From Acidobacteriota bacterium (GTDB taxonomy: Bacteria > Acidobacteriota > Vicinamibacteria > Vicinamibacterales > UBA2999): a stretch of DNA of 64,000 nucleotides. The notes under the pieces were generated by a model that saw only the letters and a program-made list of their open reading frames with translations, ran no database searches and had not been told where the DNA came from. Location of the stretch: contig CANKJK010000006.1 of the NCBI GenBank assembly GCA_947482665.1, positions 144,651-208,650 of the forward strand, read 5' to 3'. This document shows, in pieces, positions 26,132 to 36,338 of this stretch. The position numbers and the translations under genes were made by a program. The stretch's first letter is position 1. Every line of letters starts with the position of its first letter.

Positions 26132-26298
26132 CCCGGCCGGTGCCACATCGGCTCCGCCCTCATTGGTCCCCTGTGGTCGCCGCTTGACCGGCCACGGGCC
26201 GCCTGTCGCACCGCCTCGCCTCATCCCGCTTTCCTCCTCATCCTGGTCCGGTCAGAGACGGCCACCAGCCCGTACAATCCGTCATGTGACCGTCGGCC

Positions 26299-26487
26299 AT
26301 GACCTTTGCTGAACTCGTGCTCTTTGGCGTGGCCCTGGCCGGCCTGATCCGACTGCTACGGCCGGTCGAACACAGACTGGAACGGGTGTTCCGCCGTGCG
26401 CTGAAGCCCGCGCGGCGGGCGTCGTCGCGCCCCATCATCGACATCACCGACTACAGCACGAAGGATCACGACCATGACGCCGATTGA
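26299..26487 (+). CDS. small hypothetical membrane protein (62 aa)
   Basis: One hydrophobic helix (FAELVLFGVALAGLIRLL). It overlaps the start of the SPFH gene by 14 nt. No clear ribosome-binding site. Confidence 0.3.
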   Translation: MTFAELVLFGVALAGLIRLLRPVEHRLERVFRRALKPARRASSRPIIDITDYSTKDHDHDAD

Positions 26488-27382
26488 ATATGACCCCGCA
26501 GAACTCTCCGCGAAAGTCCTGAGCAAGGCCGGCGTCATCGTCGTGGCCATCGCCGTCCTGGCGTTCTTCTTCAGCTCCTATTCGATCATCTCGCCCGGTA
26601 ACACCGGCGTGATCTTCAACGTGTGGACGGGCTCGCTCCGCACCGTGCCCCAGGGCATCGCCTGGCGCGTGCCGTTCATCACCCAGGTGCAGAGCTACCC
26701 GACGGCGCTGCGCACCTACACGATGGTGCGGCGTGCGACGGAAGGCTCGGCCACGGGTGACGACAGCATCGACCTGCCGACCCGCGAGGGGCAGCACATC
26801 ACCCAGGACATCTCAGTAACCTTCAACACCTCGGAGGGCCAGGCGGCGCAGGTCTTCAAAGCCTTCCGTGGTGCCGACATCTCGGAGATTGAAGCGACGT
26901 TCATCCGCCGCACGATCATCACCGTCGCGCAGAACACCGCCGGGCAGATGGACCTCTCGGAGGTCATCTCATCGAAGCGCAGTCAGCTGCAGGAAGGCAT
27001 CCAGGCCAACCTCGGCGCCGAGCTCACCAAGATGGGCTTTCACCTCGACAAGGTGAACCTGGGCGCCAGCCATCTGCCCCAGTCGCTTGAAGTGCAGATG
27101 CAGCAGAAGATGGCGGCGCAACAGCAGGCCCAGCAAGCCGAGTACGAGCTCCAGAAGAACCAGATGCTCGCCAAGGCGGAAGTGGCCAAGGCCGAGGGCG
27201 AGGCGCAAGCGACGCTCGTGCGGGCCAAGGCGCAGGCCGAGGCGAACCGGCTGCTCCAGGCCACGCTCACGGCCAACCTGATCCAGGGGAAGGCCATCGA
27301 CAAGTGGAACGGCGTGCTGCCGCAGGTCTCCGGTGGCGCCACGCCGTTCATCGATCTCCGCGCGCTCGCCACCACGAAGTAA
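26474..27382 (+). CDS. SPFH/Band 7/prohibitin-family membrane protein
   Basis: N-terminal TM, SPFH core (PGNTGVIFNVWTGSL...VPFITQVQSYP...) and a C-terminal coiled-coil (QQAQQAEYELQKNQMLAKAEVAKAEGEAQA). AAGGA ribosome-binding site. Confidence 0.85.
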   Translation: MTPIEYDPAELSAKVLSKAGVIVVAIAVLAFFFSSYSIISPGNTGVIFNVWTGSLRTVPQGIAWRVPFITQVQSYPTALRTYTMVRRATEGSATGDDSIDLPTREGQHITQDISVTFNTSEGQAAQVFKAFRGADISEIEATFIRRTIITVAQNTAGQMDLSEVISSKRSQLQEGIQANLGAELTKMGFHLDKVNLGASHLPQSLEVQMQQKMAAQQQAQQAEYELQKNQMLAKAEVAKAEGEAQATLVRAKAQAEANRLLQATLTANLIQGKAIDKWNGVLPQVSGGATPFIDLRALATTK

Positions 27383-27426
27383 GACCACCGCCTCTCGTAT
27401 CGCGCCACTGGCCGTCCACCAGCGTC

Positions 27427-29610
27427 ATGCCACAGCTTCGTCTGCTCGCCTTCGCAACCGCGGTCTGGGCCGCGCTGTCCCTGAACACCTTTGCCGCAGG
27501 CCCTCCTCCGTCGGTCACGCCCACGCGGGCCACGACGCCGCCGCAGATTGACGGCCGGCTGGACGAACCCCTCTGGGCCACGGCTGCCCGCATCACCTCG
27601 TTCACGCAGCAGCAGCCCGTCGAGGGCGCACCGGCCTCCGAGGCCACGGAGGTGCTACTCGCCTACGATGCGTCGTTCATCTACGTGGGCCTGCGCGTGC
27701 ACTACTCGGACCCGTCGCTGGTGCGCGCCAACCGGTCCGACCGCGACCAGACCTCGGCGGACGACACCATCACCATCTCCATCGACCCGTTTCGCGACGC
27801 CCAGCGGGGCTACGCCTTTTCGGTGAACGGGTACGGCGTGCAGGCGGATTCGCTCCTCATCACGAACCCTGCGGGCATCACCGTCGACACGTCCTGGAAC
27901 GTGCTCTATCAAACAGCCGGGCAACTCGTTGCGGACGGGTGGGTGGCCGAGATGGCGATCCCCTTCAAGAGCTTGCGCTATCCGGCGGTCGGCAAGGGCA
28001 AGGCCCACCGCTGGGGCTTCCAGATCCAGCGTGATATCCGCGGCAAGAATGAGCTCGCCACGTGGGCGCCGCTCCCCAACACCTCGGCAACAGCCCTCGG
28101 CCAGATGGGCCTGCTCGAAGGCATGCAGGATCTCGCGATCCAGCGCATCACCGAACTGATGCCCACGCTCACGAGTCAGCGGGTGGACGTGCGGTCGGCG
28201 TCGGGTGCGCTCACCACCACGAGCGTCACGGAGGCCGGTCTGACGGCCAAGTACGGCGTGACGTCGAACCTGACGCTGGACCTCACCGTGAATCCGGACT
28301 TCTCCCAGGTGGAGACGGACATCCCGCAGATTCAGGTCAACCAGCGCTTCCCGCTCTTCTTCACGGAGCTGCGGCCGTTCTTCCTCGAAGGGCAGGAAGC
28401 CTTCCGCACCAACGGCCCCTTCCCCTTCCTGCACACGCGCACGATCATCGACCCGCAGTTCGGGGTGAAGCTCACGGGCAAGATGGGCCGGTGGCTGATT
28501 GGCGCGCTGGCCGCCAGCGATGCGTCCTCCGGCAAGGTGGACGACCCCGCCGACCCGGCCTCTGGCCACAGCGCCACGGTCACCGCACTGCGCCTCCGGT
28601 ACGACATCTACCGCGAGGCCTACAGCGGCATCCTCCTCGTGGACCGGGAGTTCATGGACACGCACAGCCGGCTCGCCATGTTCGACAACAACCTCAAGAT
28701 TGGCCGCAGCCGCACCCTCGGCATCGCCGGCGTCCTGACCGACCACCGCGACGCCGCCGGCATCAGCCGCACGGGGCACTTTGTCGACATTGGCTTCATC
28801 GGCCAGAGCCGCCACACCGGCTACAGCGCGGCCTATCACGACGCCAGCCCTGACTACCGCAATGACTCGGGTTTTGCGCAGCGCGTGGACTACCGGCGCA
28901 TCTTCGGCAATGCGTCATACCGCTGGTGGCCCGAAGGCACCATCGTCAACTGGGGGCCACGCGGAAACTACGAGCGCTGGTACGACTACGCCGGAACCCT
29001 CACCGACGAGATTCGCGGGGCGACGTGGAACACGCTGCTCGCGCACAGCATCACGCTCTCGGCCTCGGCCAACCGCAACATGGAGCGCTACCGGGGTATC
29101 GACTTCGACAAGACCCGCTGGCAGGCCAAAGCCGTCATCAACGCCAGCCGCAAGGCGGCCCTGACCGTGGACTGGAACCACGGCGGAGAGATCCGCATCG
29201 TTGCGTCCCCCTTCCTCGGCAGCACCACGGCCTACAACGCCACGCTGGTGCTCCGGCCCACCGCGCGATTCCAGAGCGAGGTCCGTCTCAACACCACGCG
29301 CTTCCTCGACGTCCGCACGGGCAGTGAGGCCTTCAACGTGAAGATCCTCTATGCCAAGTCCACCTACCAGCTCTCACCGCGCCTGCTCGTCCGCAACATC
29401 GTCGAGTTCAACACGCTCACTCGCACGGTACTGGCGAACATCGTGGGGACGTATCGCGTCAATGCCGGCACGGTCTTCTTCGCCGGCTACGACGACCGCT
29501 ACAAGGACTTCGGCGCAACCACCCCCACGACGGCCGAGGACCGCACCCAGGGCTACGAGCGGACCAACCGGGCCATCTTCGCCAAGCTGCAGTACCTCTA
29601 CCGGCGCTGA
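27427..29610 (+). CDS. CBM9/DOMON-like + DUF5916-family outer-membrane-associated protein
   Basis: Signal peptide, then PPQIDGRLDEPLWATAARITSFTQQQPVEGAPASE..., ending ..FAKLQYLYRR. It is a paralog of 50670..52943. Confidence 0.6.
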   Translation: MPQLRLLAFATAVWAALSLNTFAAGPPPSVTPTRATTPPQIDGRLDEPLWATAARITSFTQQQPVEGAPASEATEVLLAYDASFIYVGLRVHYSDPSLVRANRSDRDQTSADDTITISIDPFRDAQRGYAFSVNGYGVQADSLLITNPAGITVDTSWNVLYQTAGQLVADGWVAEMAIPFKSLRYPAVGKGKAHRWGFQIQRDIRGKNELATWAPLPNTSATALGQMGLLEGMQDLAIQRITELMPTLTSQRVDVRSASGALTTTSVTEAGLTAKYGVTSNLTLDLTVNPDFSQVETDIPQIQVNQRFPLFFTELRPFFLEGQEAFRTNGPFPFLHTRTIIDPQFGVKLTGKMGRWLIGALAASDASSGKVDDPADPASGHSATVTALRLRYDIYREAYSGILLVDREFMDTHSRLAMFDNNLKIGRSRTLGIAGVLTDHRDAAGISRTGHFVDIGFIGQSRHTGYSAAYHDASPDYRNDSGFAQRVDYRRIFGNASYRWWPEGTIVNWGPRGNYERWYDYAGTLTDEIRGATWNTLLAHSITLSASANRNMERYRGIDFDKTRWQAKAVINASRKAALTVDWNHGGEIRIVASPFLGSTTAYNATLVLRPTARFQSEVRLNTTRFLDVRTGSEAFNVKILYAKSTYQLSPRLLVRNIVEFNTLTRTVLANIVGTYRVNAGTVFFAGYDDRYKDFGATTPTTAEDRTQGYERTNRAIFAKLQYLYRR

Positions 29611-29742
29611 CACTCAGGGGCCGTGCGGCTCCGCGCCTGATGCGTGACCGGTACCCACTGCCGCCCCGGCATAGGACTGGGCACGCGCCCACCGCCAGGT
29701 GCGCGCAACTCCTGAATCGCCGCAACCCTCCGTACACAGAGA

Positions 29743-29776
29743 AACGGCAGGCGCCCCCGAGGGAACGCCTGCCGTT
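29743..29776. terminator. hairpin between convergent genes
   Basis: AACGGCAGGCG (29743..29753) pairs with CGCCTGCCGTT (29766..29776), giving an 11-bp stem. It lies between the DUF5916 and TonB-receptor 3' ends. Confidence 0.45.
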
Positions 29777-29817
29777 CAGTGGAACCGTTCAGCCGGCCGA
29801 GGCCGGCCCGCCTGCTG

Positions 29818-32800
29818 TTACCAGGCCACCTGACCGCCGAACTTGAAGAGGCGGCCGCCGAGAATCGAGAGCGGGAACTGGAACTGGCCGGGCGCGCCGA
29901 CGAAGTTCAGATTGCCCTGTGACACGCGCTGGTTCATCGCGTTGTAGACGTCCAGCACCGCCGTGATCTTGCTCTTCCCGACGCTGACCTTCTTCGTGAG
30001 GCGCAGGTCCGTCTGGAAGAGACGGCTGTCGTGGTACGGCGAAATCGCCGCGCCGCCGCCGATACCACCCGGGTTCCCGATCGGGATGATCGAGGCCGGC
30101 AGGAAGCCGAACGGCAGCGTGAAGCCCTTCGGGTCAAAGGAGAACTGCGTGGCCTCGAGCGGAATGCCGGGCAGCGTCTTGAACGTGCCGCTGATGCTGA
30201 AATCGAGCGGCAGCGGGTAGATGACCTGCGCCTTGGCCTGCGAGCCAATCCCCAGCCACCACGGCGTGTTCACGTTGCAATAGGTCTCGCCGCTGCCCGT
30301 GGTCTGCGGATAGCTCGGGAACGTGGTGATGGTCGACGCGTAGACGTAGGTGCCGTGCATGCCGAACGGCCGGAGTTCCGGGTGGCCGTTCGCGTAGCAC
30401 ACGTTCACACCCTCACGGCCCACCGTCACGCCGCCCGTCACGAGACCGCCCTTGCCGAAGCGGGCATTCACCGCGATGTCGACGCCGTTGTAGATTTCCT
30501 TCGGCTCGGGGAAGCCCGCGTCTGTCACCTTGACGATCTGGTAACGCGCCGCGGCCAGGCTCTTCGGCGCGTAGTAGCCGCAGATCGTGGAACCCGACAC
30601 CGACCCAAGGGCCGGGTCGGTCGGCGCCGTCACGCACATCTCGTTGAAGGCGGCAGCACTGGTGTTGGTCAGGTCCTTCAGCGCGGTGGCATTGCCCCAC
30701 GCGGTGTGGAAGTAGCCAACCGCCAGGCCGATGCCCGGGTGGAGTTCCTGCTGGAGCTGGATGGACAGCTGGTTGTTGTACTCACGGTTGCCCCAGCCCT
30801 GGGAGGTGGCTGGCGAGTAGCTGATGATCGGGTTCGCGCTGCCGAAGCTCGGGTTCGCAATCGCACCGCATTCGCCGTTGGCGCCGGGATTGGTCAGCGT
30901 GCACTGCGGAATGAAGTCGCCGTTGGCGTCGGCCCACGTGCGGCTTGTCGAGGTCACGATGGAGGTCGCCGGGTCGATGTTGCGGGTTGTGCCGCCACCC
31001 TGCCCGTAGAGGTAGTGACCCCAGGAGACCTTGACGGCCGTCTTGCCGTTGCCAAACACGTCATACGCCGCGCCGATGCGCGGGCTGAGGTCCTTGTAGT
31101 TCGGGATGCCCTTGACGGCATCCACGTGACGCGCGGCCACGAACGTGCCGGCCGGAATGTCCTGCGCCAGCGTGCGACCGGTGAAGTGGTCGAAGCGGAT
31201 GCCGGCGTTCACCGTCAGCTTCTTCAACGTCCACTGATCCTGCGCGTAGAGGCTCTGGCCCGCCACGCGCGTCTTCGACTGGAACGGACCAGCCAGCTGG
31301 ATGATCGTCGTCGGGACGCCACCGTAGAACTGGTAGTTGAACTGGTTCACGCTGGAGGGCTGACCTGAGGTGTCGTACTTGCCGAAGATGTTCTGGAAGC
31401 CCAGCTTCATCGCGTGCGAACCGGTGATGTAGGAGGCCACGAACCGCTGGTTGTAGTTGTTCGAGTTGTCGCCGTCGCCGTAGGTGTCGGTGCTCCCGGC
31501 CAGGCCGTTGAACGCCATCTGGGTCAGGTTGTCCTTGATCGGCACATGCTGCGCATCCGGCAGAAACGCCGTGCCCTTACCGGTGAAGTAATTCGGATTC
31601 ACGCCGCTGCCGTTGGTGAAGTTCACGCCCTGCAGCATGAACGTGGCGCCGGCCTGAAGGAGGAGCTTGCTGGTGCGCGCCGAGCTCCACGTCGTCTGAA
31701 TCAGATACTGCGGACCGTAGTTGAAGTCCTGCGTGGCTTCGGGCGACTGCGTGGCACTGACCGAGTCCATGCACTGGCAGCCGTGCTGGAGGTGCAGTTC
31801 CTGGGTGAACTTGTTCTTGTCGTTCGCCTGAATGGTGAAGCGGACGGCGTTGTCGACGAAGAAGTCGTTGCCGTAGGCCGGCTTGCTCAGGTCCGCCTCG
31901 TACTTGTACCAGACTTTCGACTTGTTGAAGTAGGCGCCGGGCACGTTGTTCTGCGCGCCCCACCACCGGTTGGCCGTGTAGAACCAGACCTTGTCTTGCT
32001 TGATTGGGCCACCGACGCCGACGCCGTAGTCCCAGATCTGTTTCACGGACGCGGTCGGCTGCACGCCCCGCTTGGCCAGGGCGTCCGGAATGGACTTGCT
32101 GGAGAGGCTGGAGTTGGTGAAGTTGGCCGAGCCGTAGACGGACAACTTGTTGCTGCCGTCCTTCGGGACGATGTTCATGTTGGCGCCGCCGGTCTCCGTT
32201 TCGGCCGAGGCCGTGCCGGTGTCGATGACGACTTCTTCGATGCCGACGGCGTTGAACACGTAGACGCGCTGCTGGCCGCCACCGTTGCCGAAGAACACGT
32301 TCGTGTTCATGCCGTCGTAGTTCAGACGGCCGTCGTCACCACGGCTGCCGTGCAGCAGGATGCCGGAGCTGAGCTCGCCCTTGTCACCGCCGACGTCGTT
32401 ACGGCCGGAGCTCGACGGCACGGCGCCAAGCGTGAGCGACGCCATAGCCGCGACGCTGCGTGTGCCGGGGAGCTGGTTGAGCGTTTCGGACTTCATGACC
32501 TGCTGCGTGCGGACGTTCTGCACGTCAACGATCGGGCTCGCGCCAGACACGGTCACGGTCTCTTCGAGGCCACCGACCTTGAGTTCGGCATTGGCCGCGG
32601 CCGTGAAGCCGGAGGTCAGGTTGATGCCCTCGCGCTTGAACGGCGCGAAACCACCGAGCGTGAACGTCACCGTGTAGGTGCCCGGACGCAGGTCGGTGAT
32701 CTTGTAGTTGCCCTGACCGTCAGTGACGACCGTACGGACCTTCTCGATGAGGGCCGGGCTGGCCGCCTCGACGGTTACGCCAGGCAGTACCGCGCCGGAC

Positions 32801-32910
32801 GCGTCCTTGACCGTACCGGCGATACCGCCGTTGGTCTGGGCCGCAACGAGGTGCGGCAGAAGCAGCAGGAGCGCTGCACAGCACGAAACACGCAAAAACC
32901 TAGTCAGCAT
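29818..32910 (-). CDS. TonB-dependent receptor with N-terminal carboxypeptidase-regulatory-like domain
   Basis: ATG 32910 with GGAGGA 8 nt upstream. N-terminal block GGIAGTVKDASGAVLPGVTVEA...GNYKITDLRPGTYTVTF, followed by a roughly 900-aa barrel ending ..FKFGGQVAW. Confidence 0.85.
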   Translation of the reverse strand: MLTRFLRVSCCAALLLLLPHLVAAQTNGGIAGTVKDASGAVLPGVTVEAASPALIEKVRTVVTDGQGNYKITDLRPGTYTVTFTLGGFAPFKREGINLTSGFTAAANAELKVGGLEETVTVSGASPIVDVQNVRTQQVMKSETLNQLPGTRSVAAMASLTLGAVPSSSGRNDVGGDKGELSSGILLHGSRGDDGRLNYDGMNTNVFFGNGGGQQRVYVFNAVGIEEVVIDTGTASAETETGGANMNIVPKDGSNKLSVYGSANFTNSSLSSKSIPDALAKRGVQPTASVKQIWDYGVGVGGPIKQDKVWFYTANRWWGAQNNVPGAYFNKSKVWYKYEADLSKPAYGNDFFVDNAVRFTIQANDKNKFTQELHLQHGCQCMDSVSATQSPEATQDFNYGPQYLIQTTWSSARTSKLLLQAGATFMLQGVNFTNGSGVNPNYFTGKGTAFLPDAQHVPIKDNLTQMAFNGLAGSTDTYGDGDNSNNYNQRFVASYITGSHAMKLGFQNIFGKYDTSGQPSSVNQFNYQFYGGVPTTIIQLAGPFQSKTRVAGQSLYAQDQWTLKKLTVNAGIRFDHFTGRTLAQDIPAGTFVAARHVDAVKGIPNYKDLSPRIGAAYDVFGNGKTAVKVSWGHYLYGQGGGTTRNIDPATSIVTSTSRTWADANGDFIPQCTLTNPGANGECGAIANPSFGSANPIISYSPATSQGWGNREYNNQLSIQLQQELHPGIGLAVGYFHTAWGNATALKDLTNTSAAAFNEMCVTAPTDPALGSVSGSTICGYYAPKSLAAARYQIVKVTDAGFPEPKEIYNGVDIAVNARFGKGGLVTGGVTVGREGVNVCYANGHPELRPFGMHGTYVYASTITTFPSYPQTTGSGETYCNVNTPWWLGIGSQAKAQVIYPLPLDFSISGTFKTLPGIPLEATQFSFDPKGFTLPFGFLPASIIPIGNPGGIGGGAAISPYHDSRLFQTDLRLTKKVSVGKSKITAVLDVYNAMNQRVSQGNLNFVGAPGQFQFPLSILGGRLFKFGGQVAW

Positions 32911-33126
32911 CAAGGCGTCCTCCAAACGGGCGTACGAGGCCCGGCGGGAGATAGTAGATCACGCCCACGGTGCCAATATCAGGGAATCCCGTGACTTTCT
33001 TGGGTTGACGTCTGAGCGAGGCGGCACCATGGCCTTCGGGGAAAGACGGAAGAGTCCGTCACATGCGCACTGCGTCACCCTGGCTCGGCCAGGACTTTAT
33101 GGCCGGCACTCAACAGTCAGGCCGCG

Positions 33127-34098
33127 CTAAACGTGATTCCGGAGCATCAGCTCCTTCGGATGGGGCTCAAGGTAAACCTGCCCCGCCAGATATGCCACGT
33201 TGTAGAGCCGCACGAAGTGGCGAATGAGCGTGACCGGGACCACCAGCGGAATCTGCCCGAGCCGGTAGTCGGTGATGGTCTGCGCCAGTTCCGCGCGCGA
33301 CGCCGGGTCGAGCGCGTCCGAGAAGTAGCCGACCATGTGCTGCAACACGTTGGCCTGGCGGCGCGGCGTCGCCATCACGCGGAGTGCCGCCATGAACTCG
33401 GAGATATAGCGCGATCGCAGCGTCTCGCGGTCCATCCCTTTGGCCTGGGCCACCAGCCGGCCGATCTCCTGATAGGCCTTGGGTGAATGCGCCATCAGCA
33501 CCAGCTTCTGGCGCGTGTGGAAGGCGACGAGGCCTCCCATCGTCCAGCGTGGCGCGAAGAAGTCGCGCACGCGGCGGTAGGCAAACACCCGTTCGATGAA
33601 GTTCTCCCGGAGACGTGGATCGGAGAGTCGGCCCTCCTCCTCCACCGGCAGATCGGGATAGGCATCCAACAACGCGCCGGTAAAGACCCCACGGCCATGC
33701 CGTCCTGCCGAGCCCGTAGTCCCGGGCGGGCCATACACCTTCACGCGCACCATGCCGCAGCTGGGCGAATCCTTCTTGACGACGAAGCCCGACAGCTCTT
33801 CGGCGGCCAGCTCCCGCACGCGCCGCGCGGCCCAGGTGGTGAGCGAAGCGGTGTGCTCGATGCCGGTGCGCACCGTCAGCACCCGAAGCCGTCCGTCCTC
33901 CTCGACCAGCCGGATCGACTCGCGGGGAGTCCCCATGCCGGACTCCACCTCGGGGCACACCTTGAGCCACTCGACGAACGGGCCGACGGTATCAATGAGA
34001 AACGGGTCCCGCTTGTGGCCACCGTCGAAGCGCACCTGGTCGCCCAGGAGGCACGCGGAGATGCCGAGGCGAATAGGAGAGGGGGGCGCGGTCGTCAT
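33127..34098 (-). CDS. DUF523 + DUF1722 (YbbK/YbgA-like) fusion protein
   Basis: ATG 34098 with GGAGGA upstream. DUF523 block IRLGISACLLGDQVRFDGGHK. The C-terminal half is YbgA-like (..LVAFHTRQKLVLMAHSPKAY..LQHMVGYF). Confidence 0.6.
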   Translation of the reverse strand: MTTAPPSPIRLGISACLLGDQVRFDGGHKRDPFLIDTVGPFVEWLKVCPEVESGMGTPRESIRLVEEDGRLRVLTVRTGIEHTASLTTWAARRVRELAAEELSGFVVKKDSPSCGMVRVKVYGPPGTTGSAGRHGRGVFTGALLDAYPDLPVEEEGRLSDPRLRENFIERVFAYRRVRDFFAPRWTMGGLVAFHTRQKLVLMAHSPKAYQEIGRLVAQAKGMDRETLRSRYISEFMAALRVMATPRRQANVLQHMVGYFSDALDPASRAELAQTITDYRLGQIPLVVPVTLIRHFVRLYNVAYLAGQVYLEPHPKELMLRNHV

Positions 34099-34151
34099 CC
34101 CCCGATCCTCCCACGACTTCACCCGCGATGACGGTGCTAGCATCACCAGCC

Positions 34152-36320
34152 ATGCGCTTCCCCATCCGCTCACGCGTCCGCGTGGCTGTGCTCCTGGTGC
34201 TTCCGCTGACGCTTGTCACACTCTCGGGCCGGCAGACCGAGACCGTGCGCGTCGACGCCGACGACATCGGCGGCGTGGTCACCGGCCCCCACGGCCCCGA
34301 AGCGGGCGTGTGGGTGATCGCTGAAACCCAGGAACTGCCGACCGGCTTCCGGAAGATCGTCGTCACCGACGAGCGTGGGCGGTATCTCGTGCCGGACTTG
34401 CCGCGAGCGAGCTACAACCTGTGGGTGCGAGGCTACGGCCTGGTCGACTCTTCGCGCACGCCGGCCTCGCCCGGGCGCACGGTGAACCTCACGGCCGTGG
34501 CCGCGTCCACGCCACGCGCGGCGGCCTTCTACTACCCCGCCAGCTACTGGCTCTCGCTTATCACCATCCCGGCGGACCGCGAGTTTCCGCCCACACCGGC
34601 CAATGGCTTTGGCGAGGCGATGAAGAGCCAGGCGCACTGGATGGACCTGATGAAGAGCCAGTGCATGCAGTGCCATCAGCTCGGCACGAAGGCCACGCGG
34701 GAACTCCCCGCCGCGCTGGGCACCTTCCCCACGTCCGTCGCCGCCTGGGACCACCGCGTGCAGGCGTCGCAGGCCGCCCCGGTGATGACGGGTGCGATGA
34801 ATGCCTTCGGCCGCGCGCGCGGGCTGGCCATGTTCGCCGACTGGTCGGACCGCATCGCCGCCGGCGAGGTGCCGCAGGCGCCGCCACGCCCGACGGGCGT
34901 CGAGCGCAACGTCGTCATCACGCAGTGGGACTGGGCGAATGACAAGTCGTTCGTGCACGACATCACCGCCACCGATCGCCGGCACCCCACGAGCAACGCC
35001 TACGGCATCGTCTACGGCAACGACCGCTACAACATGCCGGACATCCTCTCGCTTGATCCGACCCGGAACATCGTCGAGAAGAAGATCGCCCTGCCGGTGG
35101 ATGCGGCCGCCAGCTACTCGCAGCCGCAGTCGCTGCTGGGCCCCTCTCCCTATTGGGCCGACGAGCTCATCTGGCGCGGCAAGGCCAGCATGCACAACCC
35201 CATGCTCGACAGCCGGGGCCGCGTCTGGATGACCTCCGTCACCCGCGCGGCCGCCAACCCGGCGTTCTGCCAGGCCGGGTCGTCGCATACCTCGGCGGCG
35301 GCCTTTCCGCTCGCGACCAGTTCGCGGCAGGCCTCGATGTACAACCCGGAGACCGGCCAGACCATCCCGATCGACCTGTGCTTCTCCACGCACCATCTGC
35401 AGTTTGGCCACGACCCGGACAACACGCTCTGGTTCAGTGGCGGCGGCCAGGTGATCGGCTGGCTCAACACACGGGTCTTCGAGGAAACCCACGACGCCGC
35501 GAAGGCGCAGGGCTGGTCGCCCTTCATCCTCGACACAAATGGCAATGGCCGGCGCGATGCCTACGTGGAGCCCGGTCAGCCCGCGGATCCCGCCAGGGAC
35601 ACGCGCGTCGGTGGACGCAGCACCGGGTATGAGACGGGCTTCGGCCTGGGGCTCTACGGCATCGAGCCGCATCCGTTTGACGGCAGCATCTGGGGCGCGA
35701 TCAGCGCCGTGCCGGGGATGCTCGTCCGCTTCGACCCGAAGACCGGCCTCTCCGAGGTTTACGAGCCGCCGTTCGGCGAAGGCAATGCCGTGCGCGGCTT
35801 CGGACCGCGTGGCGTCGATGTTGACCGCAACGGCCTGGTGTGGACGGGACTGCAGAGCGGCCATCTCGCCAGCTTCGACCGGAAGAAGTGCCACGTGCTC
35901 AAGGGACCGACCGCCACCGGCACGCACTGCCCGGAAGGCTGGACGCTGCACCAGACGCCGGGCCCTCGCTTCAAGGGCGACACGACGTGGGGAAGCTCCG
36001 ACATGCACTATTACAACTGGGTCGACAAGTTCGACACGTTCGGGCTCGGCGCCAACACACCATTCGTGAATGGCACCAACTCGGATTCGCTCATCGCGCT
36101 CAGGCCCGACGGCCACTTCGTCACGATCCGAGTGCCGTATCCCATCGGCTACTACAGCCGCGGCCTCGACGGCCGCATCGACAACCCGAAGGGCGGCTGG
36201 AAGGGGCGCGGGCTCTGGTCCTCCTACAGCAGCCAGGCGCCGTGGCACACCGAAGGCGGCCGCGGCACCACCAGCAAGGTCATGCAGATTCAGCTCCGGC
36301 CTGATCCTCTGGCCCGGTAG
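34152..36320 (+). CDS. secreted CarboxypepD_reg-like domain + single c-type haem (CMQCH) + beta-propeller (Vgb/SMP-30-like) protein
   Basis: Signal/anchor sequence. Ig-like block GGVVTGPHGPEAGVWVIAE..TDERGRYLVPDLPRASYNLWVRG. One CXXCH (KSQCMQCHQLG). Repeated blades: NTLWFSGGGQVIGWL, GSIWGAIS, NGLVWTGLQSGHLASFD. Confidence 0.55.
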   Translation: MRFPIRSRVRVAVLLVLPLTLVTLSGRQTETVRVDADDIGGVVTGPHGPEAGVWVIAETQELPTGFRKIVVTDERGRYLVPDLPRASYNLWVRGYGLVDSSRTPASPGRTVNLTAVAASTPRAAAFYYPASYWLSLITIPADREFPPTPANGFGEAMKSQAHWMDLMKSQCMQCHQLGTKATRELPAALGTFPTSVAAWDHRVQASQAAPVMTGAMNAFGRARGLAMFADWSDRIAAGEVPQAPPRPTGVERNVVITQWDWANDKSFVHDITATDRRHPTSNAYGIVYGNDRYNMPDILSLDPTRNIVEKKIALPVDAAASYSQPQSLLGPSPYWADELIWRGKASMHNPMLDSRGRVWMTSVTRAAANPAFCQAGSSHTSAAAFPLATSSRQASMYNPETGQTIPIDLCFSTHHLQFGHDPDNTLWFSGGGQVIGWLNTRVFEETHDAAKAQGWSPFILDTNGNGRRDAYVEPGQPADPARDTRVGGRSTGYETGFGLGLYGIEPHPFDGSIWGAISAVPGMLVRFDPKTGLSEVYEPPFGEGNAVRGFGPRGVDVDRNGLVWTGLQSGHLASFDRKKCHVLKGPTATGTHCPEGWTLHQTPGPRFKGDTTWGSSDMHYYNWVDKFDTFGLGANTPFVNGTNSDSLIALRPDGHFVTIRVPYPIGYYSRGLDGRIDNPKGGWKGRGLWSSYSSQAPWHTEGGRGTTSKVMQIQLRPDPLAR

Positions 36321-36338
36321 CCGAAAGGACAACACGCG

